A stretch of DNA of 26,888 nucleotides, from assembly GCF_001949145.1 (NCBI RefSeq), contig NW_019091355.1, forward strand, positions 1,300,083-1,326,970. Direction: 5' to 3'. Within the stretch, counting starts at the first letter, position 1. Every line of letters starts with the position of its first letter. The notes beneath the pieces are model-generated. The model made no database searches and had not been told where the DNA came from. It was given only the letters and a program-made list of their open reading frames with translations. Position numbers and translations under genes: made by a program. Shown here in pieces: positions 11,194-22,483 of the stretch. Origin of the DNA: Acanthaster planci. Taxonomy: Eukaryota.

Positions 11194-12178
11194 NNNNNNN
11201 NNNNNNNNNNNNNNNNNNNNNNNNNNNNNNNNNNNNNNNNNNNNNNNNNNNNNNNNNNNNNNNNNNNNNNNNNNNNNNNNNNNNNNNNNNNNNNNNNNNN
11301 NNNNNNNNNNNNNNNNNNNNNNNNNNNNNNNNNNNNNNNNNNNNNNNNNNNNNNNNNNNNNNNNNNNNNNNNNNNNNNNNNNNNNNNNNNNNNNNNNNNN
11401 NNNNNNNNNNNNNNNNNNNNNNNNNNNNNNNNNNNNNNNNNNNNNNNNNNNNNNNNNNNNNNNNNNNNNNNNNNNNNNNNNNNNNNNNNNNNNNNNNNNN
11501 NNNNNNNNNNNNNNNNNNNNNNNNNNNNNNNNNNNNNNNNNNNNNNNNNNNNNNNNNNNNNNNNNNNNNNNNNNNNNNNNNNNNNNNNNNNNNNNNNNNN
11601 NNNNNNNNNNNNNNNNNNNNNNNNNNNNNNNNNNNNNNNNNNNNNNNNNNNNNNNNNNNNNNNNNNNNNNNNNNNNNNNNNNNNNNNNNNNNNNNNNNNN
11701 NNNNNNNNNNNNNNNNNNNNNNNNNNNNNNNNNNNNNNNNNNNNNNNNNNNNNNNNNNNNNNNNNNNNNNNNNNNNNNNNNNNNNNNNNNNNNNNNNNNN
11801 NNNNNNNNNNNNNNNNNNNNNNNNNNNNNNNNNNNNNNNNNNNNNNNNNNNNNNNNNNNNNNNNNNNNNNNNNNNNNNNNNNNNNNNNNNNNNNNNNNNN
11901 NNNNNNNNNNNNNNNNNNNNNNNNNNNNNNNNNNNNNNNNNNNNNNNNNNNNNNNNNNNNNNNNNNNNNNNNNNNNNNNNNNNNNNNNNNNNNNNNNNNN
12001 NNNNNNNNNNNNNNNNNNNNNNNNNNNNNNNNNNNNNNNNNNNNNNNNNNNNNNNNNNNNNNNNNNNNNNNNNNNNNNNNNNNNNNNNNNNNNNNNNNNN
12101 NNNNNNNNNNNNNNNNNNNNNNNNNNNNNNNNNNNNNNNNNNNNNNNNNNNNNNNNNNNNNNNNNNNNNNNNNNNNNN
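11194..12178. other. Assembly gap (985 N) inside MAN2B1 intron 21
   Basis: Run of N; the flanking exons join in frame (NTM|ESMVSRALP) with no obvious missing segment. Confidence 0.97.
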
Positions 12179-12462
12179 GTGATTGCTGGACAAGGAACAA
12201 TAAAACTATCCTCATCGTTTCTTCAATTTTGCTTTGAGCACGAACAGTTATTGTCCCTTATTGTTTTACTGTGTCTCGGCAACTGCAGGTCACTTGGTCT
12301 GAAAAAAGACAAATTTAGAGCATCAGATGCAAATGGCCTGCAGTGTTCTGGTTATCTATTCAATCGATGACAGTTAATTTACTATTGTAAATGCCTTGAT
12401 TATAATTATCTTACTTTAAGCCATTGTCAATGTGATCTTGAGAGATAGTAGATGCACCCTAC

Positions 12463-12690
12463 CATAGTGTTGAACTTGGTGGCCCAGTCTTGTACCCCTT
12501 TGGTGAATGACAGTGAGGGTGCCATATACAGCTGTTCTCCGAGAATCCTGTGAGCCACAGCTGCTTTGTTGACAGACGTGAGGAGGACGCAGTGCTTGCC
12601 ACGGATGATAAGTCCGTCTCCAAACTGACCGGTCTCGTTGAGTGGCTCGCCCACTCCACGATTGTCATCAGCTAGAGTGCGTCGGTGGAT
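12463..12690 (-). CDS. MAN2B1: MAN2B1 exon 21
   Basis: IHRRTLADDNRGVGEPLNETGQFGDGLIIRGKH...FNTM; TAG/GT boundaries; 228 nt. Confidence 0.95.
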
Positions 12691-13072
12691 CTACAGTTTG
12701 ATGAAGAACTGGGGTTTAAAGCTGAGTTAAAGTTCACACTCTGACGCTGTACATACCTTGTAAATATTCAAGAAATAATAGCCCATATATGCCGTGTATT
12801 ATGTATATAAACTTCTGTTATATTGTTCATAATCACGAACGTGATCACAAACTTGGTGAGTGAAAGTTTCATTTTTGGTGGTTAACTAATCAAATGTTCA
12901 CATAGTGTAGCAAAGCTTGCAAATCAAAAAGTGAGCCCTGCAAGGCTCCACCCAAAGACCTGGTGAAGGGAAAACCTTAACCATATTGGTAAGAAATAAA
13001 TGGTTAACAATTTGAAACAGTCTAATTTTATAGGCAACGTCAGCCAGAGAACTTTTTTCATTGCCAACTTAC

Positions 13073-13153
13073 CATGATTTCCAATGACCCATCTTGGACA
13101 CTGCTTCCACCCTGAGACCTGTCAGTCATCACCGTCAGTTGCATCTTAGGATC
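13073..13153 (-). CDS. MAN2B1: MAN2B1 exon 20
   Basis: [36 protein letters not shown]; 81 nt. Confidence 0.95.
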
Positions 13154-13210
13154 CTGTATTTGTGACCAACACCACAAAACACCACTGAAAACTAATGATC
13201 AAAAGAAATG

Positions 13211-13285
13211 TGGCAGAGTGGGACTCGAACTTCAGACCGAGTGAAGAGCAGTTCAGCTGCACTACCAAGCTCAGCTGAAAATGCT
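13211..13285 (-). pseudogene. tRNA-derived fragment (SINE-like / pseudo-tRNA) in MAN2B1 intron 19
   Basis: Minus strand has A-box-like AGCTGAGCTTGGTAGTGC and B-box GTTCGAGTCC(CAC) at tRNA spacing, ending in CCA; the T-stem and acceptor stem are broken. Confidence 0.55.
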
Positions 13286-13403
13286 GAATATTGCAGCTCC
13301 ATCATTTCCCTTCAACTGACAGAACAAGAATTTTCACACTCTTGCAAAAATAAACGGAATAAACCTTCAACAACAGAAGCTATGAGTTAGGTTACTTAGG
13401 TAC

Positions 13404-13491
13404 CTTGATAAATGCCCTGCTGTTGATAGGGTAGTAGTTACCAGATACCGGCTCCGTGTTGCTATACTGCCAATCAGCCCGATGGTCACGG
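13404..13491 (-). CDS. MAN2B1: MAN2B1 exon 19
   Basis: RDHRADWQYSNTEPVSGNYYPINSRAFIK (conserved GNYYP); 88 nt. Confidence 0.95.
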
Positions 13492-13656
13492 CTATTAAGA
13501 AAAAAAAATACCATCTATAAGTATGAGCCTCAAGTTGGACCAAGAGAGGGTGCTATTTTCTCAGCAACAGGGGCTCCTTTGGTACTAAGTGCACATTGCT
13601 GGTTCACGTACAAAGGACTAGGAAAAAAGCAAGCATTGCTGTCATGTCGCTACCAT

Positions 13657-13741
13657 CAAAATGAACACTCCCGACCACTGAAATGTCAAAATGAATACTC
13701 CCCACAACTGAAATACCAAAATGAATACTCCCGACCATTGA
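13657..13741. repeat. 30-bp minisatellite, about 3 copies
   Basis: CAAAATGAA(C/T)ACTCCC.AC.A.TGA repeated at 13657, 13687, 13717. Confidence 0.85.
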
Positions 13742-14008
13742 CTAGTTAACAGACAGGATGGCAATCCATACAATGTTAACAAAAGATGACGGTTTTATTT
13801 TTATTTAATCAATTTGTCTCTCTTCGACCACTTTGAAATTGTATGAAGTCCACAGAATGTGCCACTGAGTCATGGCACAGGTTTTGGCTCGGGCCACTTA
13901 CTGGGGCTAATAAAGGACATCTCCTGCCAAACAAAAAAAGATGTGGGTTATCATGAAAGTCCAAAACGTAAAAAACAGGTACTTCATTTGTAACAAATAA
14001 TGACTTAC

Positions 14009-14110
14009 ATTCTCTCAAGGATTTGCCTGCCATTGGCATCAGTGTAGAAAGTTCTATTGGTCTTCAAGTCAGTGTCGAACCTGGTGATGATTTCCTTGCC
14101 TAGATGATCT
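14009..14110 (-). CDS. MAN2B1: MAN2B1 exon 18
   Basis: [33 protein letters not shown] (FYTDxNG motif); 102 nt. Confidence 0.95.
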
Positions 14111-14480
14111 CTGCCAACAAAGAAAGGAAATGCTTATCTAAACCGAACAAGTCCATGACAAAATGAGTATACCTCAAAAATGGAAAGACTCAGATTGCAA
14201 GATATTCTGAGCCGAGCAAAAAGTATGACAATTTGGAGGTAGTGCTAATGACGCTGGTGATGCCTGAATGGTTTGTAGCCAAGACGGGCATAATTGAAAG
14301 CTCTTCTGAAACTTTTAATTCGGAAAATTTTGCATGATGACAGGAGGGGAAGAACAGCATGGTGCTCAGCATGATTTCTGAACAATATTTGTCCCATCAG
14401 TAAGGAAGTCAACATCATCATGACAAGTTCCCACATTTGTTAGCCACAGCCATACAAGTCAGACATAGCCAAGTACTAAC

Positions 14481-14599
14481 CTGATTGGGATAGGGCCAAC
14501 CGTCCACTCAAACTCAGCGAACTCCTTGGCATTGTACAGTCTGATAACCTGACTCAGCCATGGCTGGAACTGCTGTCGTACCTCAACAGCAACTGGCCC
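14481..14599 (-). CDS. MAN2B1: MAN2B1 exon 17
   Basis: GPVAVEVRQQFQPWLSQVIRLYNAKEFAEFEWTVGPIPI; 119 nt. Confidence 0.95.
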
Positions 14600-14742
14600 C
14601 TGTCCGAGTTCAAAAAATCATAAACGTAGCTCTTACTGAATGACGCACGAGCCCAAAAAAATGGGAAGGCAGCGTAACAAAATCAATAAAAACAGGGTAG
14701 ACTGCCGAAGTCATTCAAGACTGAAGCAAAAACATGCACTAC

Positions 14743-14964
14743 CTTCACAACTTTCAAGCCAACAGAGGTGCCATTGAATAAGTCCTGGGGCGTCTGCTTG
14801 GCAGGCCTGAAGATGTAGGCACCAGATTTCTGGGAATCTTGCTCGGTGCCTACACTGCTGGTATACCAGTAGAAAGATTGCCTGACAGACATGGATCTTC
14901 CAGACTTCTTGTCTGTCATGGATTTCAGGAGGCCAGTCGAGCCGTCAAACGTCAGACTCAGGAA
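14743..14964 (-). CDS. MAN2B1: MAN2B1 exon 16
   Basis: FLSLTFDGSTGLLKSM...SGAYIFRP...LKVVK; 222 nt. Confidence 0.95.
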
Positions 14965-15227
14965 CTGTTGCAGGAAGAAGCGATGTAAATTTAATTTTTA
15001 CAGCCAGGGCGACCATTAAAGTGCACAGCGTTTCAATCTTAACCCTAAAAGCAGAAATATTCTTTGACATGTAAGCTAATAAAGTTGTCATCAGGAAGAC
15101 CATATGGATGATTCCTCGTAATAATTTCAAAGAGATTGGAGATAGTAAGCAGTCCTCTCTATTCTTGGCATTTACACATTGAAAGAGTACTGGATAATTT
15201 GTTTACATGAAACTTGAAAATGGTTAC

Positions 15228-15298
15228 CTGGTTTTCAACAGTCTCATCAGCTTTAGGTGTGAATACTTTATACTGGACATTGGACGGCGGGGAACCAG
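15228..15298 (-). CDS. MAN2B1: MAN2B1 exon 15
   Basis: GSPPSNVQYKVFTPKADETVENQ; AAG acceptor, CAG|GTAAC donor; restores frame between exons 14 and 16. Confidence 0.82.
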
Positions 15299-15838
15299 CT
15301 TGTCATGAAAGAAATATGATTGTAATATTCACCCTTTATTATTCCAACTCAAGGTCTCAATCAAAGTCTCTAACAAAGCAACTGTACTTTTGAAAAAAGC
15401 TCAAATACCAAAACAGATGTGTAAAAACTAAAGATGATGTGATAGCTAATAAGAGAAATACAAACTGCATAGAAATAGTTGTGTCTGACGGTTTTTACTT
15501 AACCCTAACCTCATTGAAAGCTACAAAATACTACTTAGTAGTAAAATGTACCATACAGTTCTGTGGCACCATGAACACATGACTTTATTGTTCTCTGTAC
15601 GAGTAACAATGGAAGTGCCCCAGCTAGAAGTAGTAATATGTAGTGCTAGCTCCTTCAGGCTCAAACTACTGCTTAGTATTTTGTAGTACTGAGTACTGCA
15701 CCCCAGATGGTATACCAGGGGGTTTGGGTTAATGTACACAAAAACTGTAGCAATTCTTTGCAAGAGAGGAATATAATTGATGACAGGTGCACAGCCAACA
15801 ACAGTAGTATTAGTAAGAATGTAGGGGTGTCATCTTAC

Positions 15839-15968
15839 CACCAGGCAGGCTATTGGCAATGTAGGTACTAAACCCAAGAGGAGGTAATGTGATCGGGAAG
15901 AGAAGCTCCTTGGGTGCGTTGCCACGATTCCGCCTTGCTTGCTTCGTACCCTCGCTCACATCTTGCAA
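15839..15968 (-). CDS. MAN2B1: MAN2B1 exon 14
   Basis: LQDVSEGTKQARRNRGNAPKELLFPITLPPLGFSTYIANSLPG (PPLGFSTY motif); AAG acceptor, GTAAGA donor. Confidence 0.88.
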
Positions 15969-16273
15969 CTTAAGAAGGCACCCCCCCAAAAAAAGAATTA
16001 CCTTCAGTTTCAAACTGAACACAAAGTAGCAGGCTTAACAAGAAATGCCAAGTAAATCCACCACAGTCACATATCGTCGTGTCGGTGCAACAAGGTTGTA
16101 ACTCTTATTTGTTTTGTGCACGAGATCCAACCTTGTTGCACTGACGTGACAATATTTCTTGGGAAGTTTAACAGGTATTACAAACATCATACTTTGAATT
16201 CTGGTCCACATGGTTCTAAAGATAGCCTGTAAAATACAATATAAATTATTTTTGCTAGAAAGCCAATAAGAAA

Positions 16274-16497
16274 CGGTGTTGTAGTCGAGACTACTTAAGA
16301 CCTTCACAAGGCCACACAAGACCAACACCAGACCTCCAGTCTGAATTCAAGTCACAAGCTATTTAAATGAACTGCAACAAAAGCATCCCTTTGTCATTGT
16401 TTACACTGTTACTTGTGACTGGCCAAGTGTCTGGTCTTGTGTCTGGTCTTGTGATGGTCTTGTGTCTGGTCTTGTGATGGTCTCGACCACAACACTG
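16274..16497. mobile_element. Non-autonomous hAT-type DNA transposon, 224 bp, in MAN2B1 intron 13
   Basis: TIRs CGGTGTTGTAGTCGAGAC / GTCTCGACCACAACACTG; perfect 8-bp TSD ATAAGAAA at 16266-16273 and 16498-16505; subterminal CAAGACC repeats in inverted orientation at both ends. Confidence 0.88.
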
Positions 16498-16627
16498 ATA
16501 AGAAACTAATACCCCAACACATATCACAGCCGATGACATTTGACAAATTTCCGCAGTAATGTGACGAATAATCTAAATTGGCAAACAAGAATACATCTTT
16601 AAGACAAGTGTGTTATTGAAAGGATAC

Positions 16628-16711
16628 TATGTGCTTGGCCAGTCTTATACATGCATTTAAGACTGGTTCAGGAGAATGAACATGACGGCATTAAGACCGG
16701 CCAAGCACATA
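16628..16711. repeat. Short inverted repeat (20-bp arms), probable MITE remnant
   Basis: TATGTGCTTGGCCAGTCTTA / TAAGACCGGCCAAGCACATA, one mismatch. Confidence 0.7.
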
Positions 16712-16997
16712 TTTATTCTCGTTCATAAATACCTTTTTAGTCAGTGAATCAAAAGAAATCAACATATGATGGATTTCCAACGATTTGCTTTGTTGTCCAA
16801 AACAATCTCCTGATGGACTTGGTATGCGCATGACGAGCCATGTGCACAAAGACTCTTGACCACTCAGAATCGATTAAACTGTCCATTATCACTTCTCACC
16901 GGACATCATTAAATGTTAATACATGGTCAAGTTGCACATTGTTGAATAGGGAGACTGCCTGGGGTATTTTTGAATAGTTAATAACCATGACACAAAC

Positions 16998-17111
16998 CTG
17001 GGTGGTCACCATCTTCCCGTTAGGACCGGTAATACTGTAGTTCCCTTTCACTGGTATTCTGACCACTGTCGTGACTTGGCGTGCGATTGGGTTATAAGCC
17101 GTTATTGTAAA
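16998..17111 (-). CDS. MAN2B1: MAN2B1 exon 13
   Basis: FTITAYNPIARQVTTVVRIPVKGNYSITGPNGKMVTTQ (YNP motif); 114 nt. Confidence 0.95.
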
Positions 17112-17375
17112 CTAAAGAAAAAAGAAGAAAAGTGTTTAATTATAGCAAGGGCTTCGACAACAGAGCAGAATTTACACAAAGTTTAGTGACCTGGTACCTT
17201 TGACCAGTGTGGTGATATCTTATTCCTTGTGAGGGTCTGTGATCAGTGGGTTCTCAGGAAAATTAACTTTCTTCTTAAATTTTCTGAGATACTTGAAAGA
17301 GTGTCCATATCACAGGACGTTGTTGCCGGGTAAAACAGGGCGCTCTTACGATCACGTAGGAAGCCAATAGCCCAC

Positions 17376-17498
17376 CTGTTGATTGTCTACGGTGACAGGG
17401 CACACGCTGATGTTGAGATAGTCACAGAACACCGCTTGAGGTGGCTTGACAGTAGCATTCTTTTGCATTAGGTTTCCCAGTACATCACCGACGAGCTC
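17376..17498 (-). CDS. MAN2B1: MAN2B1 exon 12
   Basis: ELVGDVLGNLMQKNATVKPPQAVFCDYLNISVCPVTVDNQQ (LNISxC motif); 123 nt. Confidence 0.93.
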
Positions 17499-17876
17499 CT
17501 GAAGTTGAAAAGGTTTGTATATTAGTAACTGACACATAACCTTCAAAATGGTTCAAATCAAAACACATGTGGTTTAGCATGCCTAAAAACCAAATGTGTC
17601 GAATTAGCAAATCTGACACTTTCATGACCTTTTCATATCTCTAAATAAACCTCAGCAAAGTTGTCCAAGTATTTGTTTCACTGCACCAAATAAATTCAAG
17701 GAAAACGTTTCCCTTTCCACGGTGGCCAATGCCCAAGCTGCAAGCCATCAGTCTCATCAAGTCACAACTTGTGAGTTGGAAACCCAACACACTTCTAGTT
17801 CCCACTGTAAAAATGCTACAGTCCAATTTCAGCATTCCAAAAATGAACAGGAAACTCTGTCTGCATATCAACCAAC

Positions 17877-17946
17877 CTGGCACTGAGCACGCCCCTTGTA
17901 CAACCTCTCAGCATAGTCATCGGCCACGTGTTGCTTCTCTGTCCCT
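17877..17946 (-). CDS. MAN2B1: MAN2B1 exon 11
   Basis: GTEKQHVADDYAERLYKGRAQCQ; 70 nt. Confidence 0.93.
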
Positions 17947-18273
17947 CTACAAACAGAGTAAAACACAAGCATCTCTAAAACACGAAAGTCTTTCCCACTC
18001 AAAAATACAATAACACTCTCCAATAGCTCAGATTTTGGATTAATTAATTCTACGAAGGACCACTCTACTCTTTAAAGTCTCAAGCAAAACAGAAGAGAAC
18101 TACTGTATCTTGACCTCCTTTGGTTACAATTAACAAACAGCCAACCAAGCTTGTAAAATGTATGATCTAGAATGATCATGATGAATGTATGATGTAGAAT
18201 TTCACTTTGACAAACAAATTACATATTATTTTGTCACAGATTTACTTCAGGATAACATTATTTTTGGACTTAC

Positions 18274-18313
18274 GATACAGCATCATGATGCTGAGCAACG
18301 CCCATTGACTTTC
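18274..18313 (-). CDS. MAN2B1: MAN2B1 exon 10 (40-nt exon with HHDA Zn-ligand motif)
   Basis: KSMGVAQHHDAVS; ttttcag acceptor, GTAAGT donor. Confidence 0.93.
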
Positions 18314-18639
18314 CTGAAAAAGAATCAGACAAATTGTATCAACAATATACTTACAAACTTTAAAATTGATTTTGAAGTATTCTCTGCTCTATTACTTCCT
18401 GAAGCCACTGCGTGGAATCACTACAGGAAAATGAAAATGATGTGTAAATTCTGACGATGCCACTGAAACTTTTAACCATTCTTGAACTAAATAGCTTTTG
18501 ACTTTCAACTGTTATTTGAGAAGACCCCACTTTGTAAACAACATGCTTGATCTAGAAGACTAGACCTGTGCAAAACCGTCTCAAGCCGTCTCTTGTCAAT
18601 GTGGAGAAAAAATAAAAAAGGAGTTCAAATATTTCTTAC

Positions 18640-18712
18640 TCAGAGTGCTGGAGCTGGTCTTCAGTTTAAGGCCAGGTAGCATTGAGCCCCACACTTCCAA
18701 CTGCTTACAAAC
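18640..18712 (-). CDS. MAN2B1: MAN2B1 exon 9
   Basis: VCKQLEVWGSMLPGLKLKTSSSTL; CAG/GTAAGA; 73 nt. Confidence 0.9.
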
Positions 18713-19292
18713 CTGAGACAATGCAAGGTGCAAGGAAGTCCAAGATAAATTTCATTACGCTCTATTTCTGATCAATTAATGAAGCATGCATGACAGATTT
18801 TCTCTGGGAGTAAAAAGGCCCACCCACAAAATAGGAATAACCGTAGAAGCACTCAATTTAATGCCCAAAATCCTTTTATAAATAAATGTTACTGTATTAA
18901 AATTAACCTAGTATATAAGGCTTAAATCACTGAGAATTCCTTGCTGTGAATTCTAAGAAATAATGCTCATTTTAAAAAAATGAAATCACCAAACTAGTAT
19001 GGAAAAGTTGTAAGCCATCTACCTCATCCTACAATTTAATGCAGATGTATTCCCAAATCACCACAAAATAAAAAGGCTTGGCTGAACATTTAAACTTCAG
19101 CTTGTGTCAAAATAGGGTCTCGAAGTGAGTACGTGTGCATGTTGGTTCACACGCTGGTTCTCACGATAATGCCTTTTAAACACATAACTATGTGCGTGAC
19201 ATATCCACTTCCGTATTCTATAGACATAATAAAATAATAAGTAATTCTGTCAGATGCATACCACGAGAGAAACATGGCAGGTATTTATGTAC

Positions 19293-19493
19293 CTGTAGGA
19301 AGTTATTTGTATCTCTCACGTATCCCTTGAGAGCGGGACGACTCGTGAAGTAACCCGTCCAGAAGGCATGGGGTTGGTCCGCATAGGGGAAGAAATCGTC
19401 TGACTTGGTAGACCACGTCTTGGTCACTTGGTTCAAGCTATGCGTGTAGCATGACGGAGTGGAGTAGAATGCATGTACATTGGTTTCATTTTG
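19293..19493 (-). CDS. MAN2B1: MAN2B1 exon 8
   Basis: [16 protein letters not shown]...[36 protein letters not shown]; 201 nt. Confidence 0.96.
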
Positions 19494-19744
19494 CTGTCAA
19501 GAAATACAAAACAAACCCATGAAACTATTTGCATCAGAGGAAAATCTTGAGGCAAGATATTTATTGGGATGTTAAAAGATCTTTTAAATCTTACAATGTA
19601 TGCCTATAGATCCTTCTTTCTATGTCTTAATCGATGATTTTGTGTGAACTTCACCACCTACATAGGCCCAAATAAAACTAGATGTAAACATGCAGAGTTG
19701 GAATAGCAAATTGGTTTTTATCACAAGGAATATGGTAGGCTCAC

Positions 19745-19861
19745 CTTTAAGTTGACATATTTTATGAGTTTGTCCAAGTTTTTGTACCAAGTGTGAGCGT
19801 CACTGTACTGGAAGTCAGAGCCCATGGTGAACATGATGTGATTGGTACCATAGACAGAATT
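19745..19861 (-). CDS. MAN2B1: MAN2B1 exon 7
   Basis: [39 protein letters not shown] (acid/base Asp in MGSDF); 117 nt. Confidence 0.96.
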
Positions 19862-20441
19862 CTGGGAAAAGTTCGAGAAAGAAGAAATGGAACTGGTTAT
19901 AGCAGCATTTTCAAAATCTGACTGGTACCTTTGACTTGCAATATGCCACTGTAAAACTTTTGGTTCCATGTGCAGCGGGTCCTGATCAAATGTAGAAGTC
20001 CAAAAAACATTCTGATGAAGTACGTGTACGAGTCCAAAGTTGGAAAAAACCTGAACTTGTCCATTACCTCATATATCAGATGCCATGAGTGAACTGCAAA
20101 GTACTCACATAACATTGTGATGAAATAGACATATACCAAGACTCAATGAGTCCAGATCAATAGGCATGTACGATACTGTCAATGATCAAGTTTAGTCTGG
20201 TATCCCAGGTTTCAAGATATTAAGTTTGGACTGGGACTCAGCTTCTAGTGTTGGGCATAAGCAAACCACAGATCACATTTTTACATCCCATACAAAGTAG
20301 TAAAACAGGACTACATTATGAATGTGTCTGTAATGGCTGCCCACAATGCACAAAGTTGGCTCCAAGTACAAACTCAAGATGAACTTCCTCTGTTCATTAG
20401 CTCAAAACCAATATTATTGCCAACTTTCCTCCACCACTTAC

Positions 20442-20513
20442 CTGTACTTTAGCAAGTAAGACAAACTTAGACACTCTGTCATCAACATTGTAGTCAACTA
20501 AATCCGGGTCATC
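20442..20513 (-). CDS. MAN2B1: MAN2B1 exon 6
   Basis: DDPDLVDYNVDDRVSKFVLLAKVQ; TAG/GTAAGT; 72 nt. Confidence 0.93.
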
Positions 20514-20587
20514 CTACATGCAACACAAATAAAGGAGGCGTTAACTAAAAAGGTTTGCTGAATCCATCTGAATACTTTTCACAAAGC

Positions 20588-20696
20588 TAACGAACGAAGG
20601 AAGGCCAACTTACAAAAATAAATGTGTGTATGACATGCTACCACCTGTAGCATGTCATACACACATTTATTTTTGGAAGTTGGCCTTAGTTCGTTA
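20588..20696. repeat. Near-perfect palindrome/hairpin in MAN2B1 intron 5 (41-bp core arms, 5-nt loop)
   Basis: 20601-20641 is the reverse complement of 20647-20687 with one mismatch; further pairing TAACGAAC/GTTCGTTA outside. Confidence 0.9.
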
Positions 20697-20888
20697 ACTT
20701 TGAAAGTAATAAATTTTTTTTATTTTCAGACTTGCAAAATGAGTATCTGCTCTGGCATCACAATTTAACGTTGGCATTTACACTTTGAAGCCAAGAATAA
20801 CCCTGCATTTAGAGGGCAGGGCAACATGCATATGCTTGGCATGGTATCATGTGAGGTACATGTACAATGGCCTGAATAAAACATTCAC

Positions 20889-21092
20889 CATAATTGGAGG
20901 GTCACTGCAGAAGACATCGAAGCAAAACCCTGGGGGCGGTCCGTAGTGGAAGAACAAGGCTCCGAAGAACAGGTCAGATGCCCTGCCCAGGCTGGGAGAG
21001 GTGTGCCACACACGTTCCATGGTCTGCGTGGAGGCTCTCTCTCTCTTATCCAAGTAGTCCAGGCGAGCAAAGTAAAGGCTGTCGAATCCCAT
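20889..21092 (-). CDS. MAN2B1: MAN2B1 exon 5
   Basis: MGFDSLYFARLDYLDK...YGPPPGFCFDVFCSDPPIM; 204 nt. Confidence 0.96.
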
Positions 21093-21615
21093 CTGAAGTG
21101 TTCAAGCAGAGCAAAGAGAACAGATGCAGAAAATCTCATACCATCACCTGCAGCGTTATTTGTGAGCCTTCTACTGACTGAAGATGCACGCTGCGAGCAC
21201 ACTTGGCTAAAGTCTGGTTGGCAAGTTGCAAAGACACCACTGAACTAGAGTTTTGTTATTTCCCTCAGCTCTACAGCTGCCAAAATGCCTTGCTGGAAAT
21301 ATGTGAACTGACACAAAATTTATCTGTAACGAATTTCATTTTAATATCAATTGGACATCTTGACAATTACCAAGCTCATTTGCACAACACAAGACTGGCT
21401 TGACTACAAGCTTCCTCCATAATCACGCACAATCAACATAATGTGCAAAGGAAAACAATTTGTACTACATGTATTTACTTAATAAGTAACAGGACAGTGC
21501 TAAACATTGCCCTCAGTGCAATCACATCTCAGGGAACTTTTAACAGTGAAGTGATTTCCCAGTTCCCACTTTTTCCTCATTTTGAGAGAGCTGTCTATGC
21601 ACATTTTTACATTAC

Positions 21616-21809
21616 CTGTGCAGCCAGGGATGCATATTCCCTGGAATGGCCGAAGGGGTCTATCTGCCAGGCTGTTAATGGCTTGCCACAGTCCCCAAAG
21701 TTGTCCTTGAGGAACTTCAAGCCGATGGTCATTTGGTCGATGATAGCGTTGTAGTGGGTAGTCGCTTCATCATTCATGCACCAACCACCATTGACAAACT
21801 CCAAGCGAC
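21616..21809 (-). CDS. MAN2B1: MAN2B1 exon 4
   Basis: [19 protein letters not shown]...[18 protein letters not shown] (catalytic nucleophile Asp in IDPFGH); 194 nt. Confidence 0.97.
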
Positions 21810-22309
21810 CTGATTTAATGAAAAAAAAAAACATTCTAAATACATTTTCAACAACCTCCCGACCAATCCAAAATCAGTCATTTTTTTAGATTGAGCTTGG
21901 CAGGACAACTATGCATATAATAATTGGTTCTGAAGAAGAAAATCACTACATCTAGACCTGCATATCAGAAAATAAATTGCTAAAGCTTTAGCCCCCCAAA
22001 AATGACGATGAAAAGTGTGACTTCAAGATCTGTTTAACAGATAAAAAAAAAATTAACAGATTGTGAATAGATAATAAACAATCAAAGAAGACAGACAACC
22101 GACATTATCTTATTAAAAAGAAAAGGAAAAAAAGCTGCCCCCAAGGGTTGTTGTTTCATGACAGAAACAATGTTTTATCTTTGTTTAATATACATCTATA
22201 TTTAACTAGAAATAACAGAGAGGTACTATTTGGCAGGCAGGTCACAGTCAACAATACTGTCATCAAACAGTTCAAAAAGCACAGATGACAGGCATGGACA
22301 TATGTTCAC

Positions 22310-22483
22310 CTTCATTAACAAGCTGTTTAACCAATGCTTTGGTCTTGTCCGTCTGCTCATTCCACCATCGTTCAAAAAATGCCGTCTCCACATAGCTGAA
22401 ACGTTTGACAGGGTCGTTGGCCAACTCTCTTGTGACTGTATCAAGGATGTACTGCACAGCAGCATTCTGGATTTTGTTCTTGG
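22310..22483 (-). CDS. MAN2B1: MAN2B1 exon 3
   Basis: KNKIQNAAVQYILDTV...RFSYVETAFFERWW...LVNE; 174 nt. Confidence 0.96.

Noticed and set aside
10830..12237. Long ORFs of 352-461 aa in the ORF track
   Set aside because: Artefacts of translating through the N-gap; only 11016-11165 is a real exon.
13211..13285. Functional tRNA gene
   Set aside because: T-stem and acceptor stem do not pair; kept only as a tRNA-derived fragment.
13657..13741. CRISPR-like repeat array
   Set aside because: Contiguous 30-bp tandem units with no unique spacers, in a eukaryotic intron with no cas genes.
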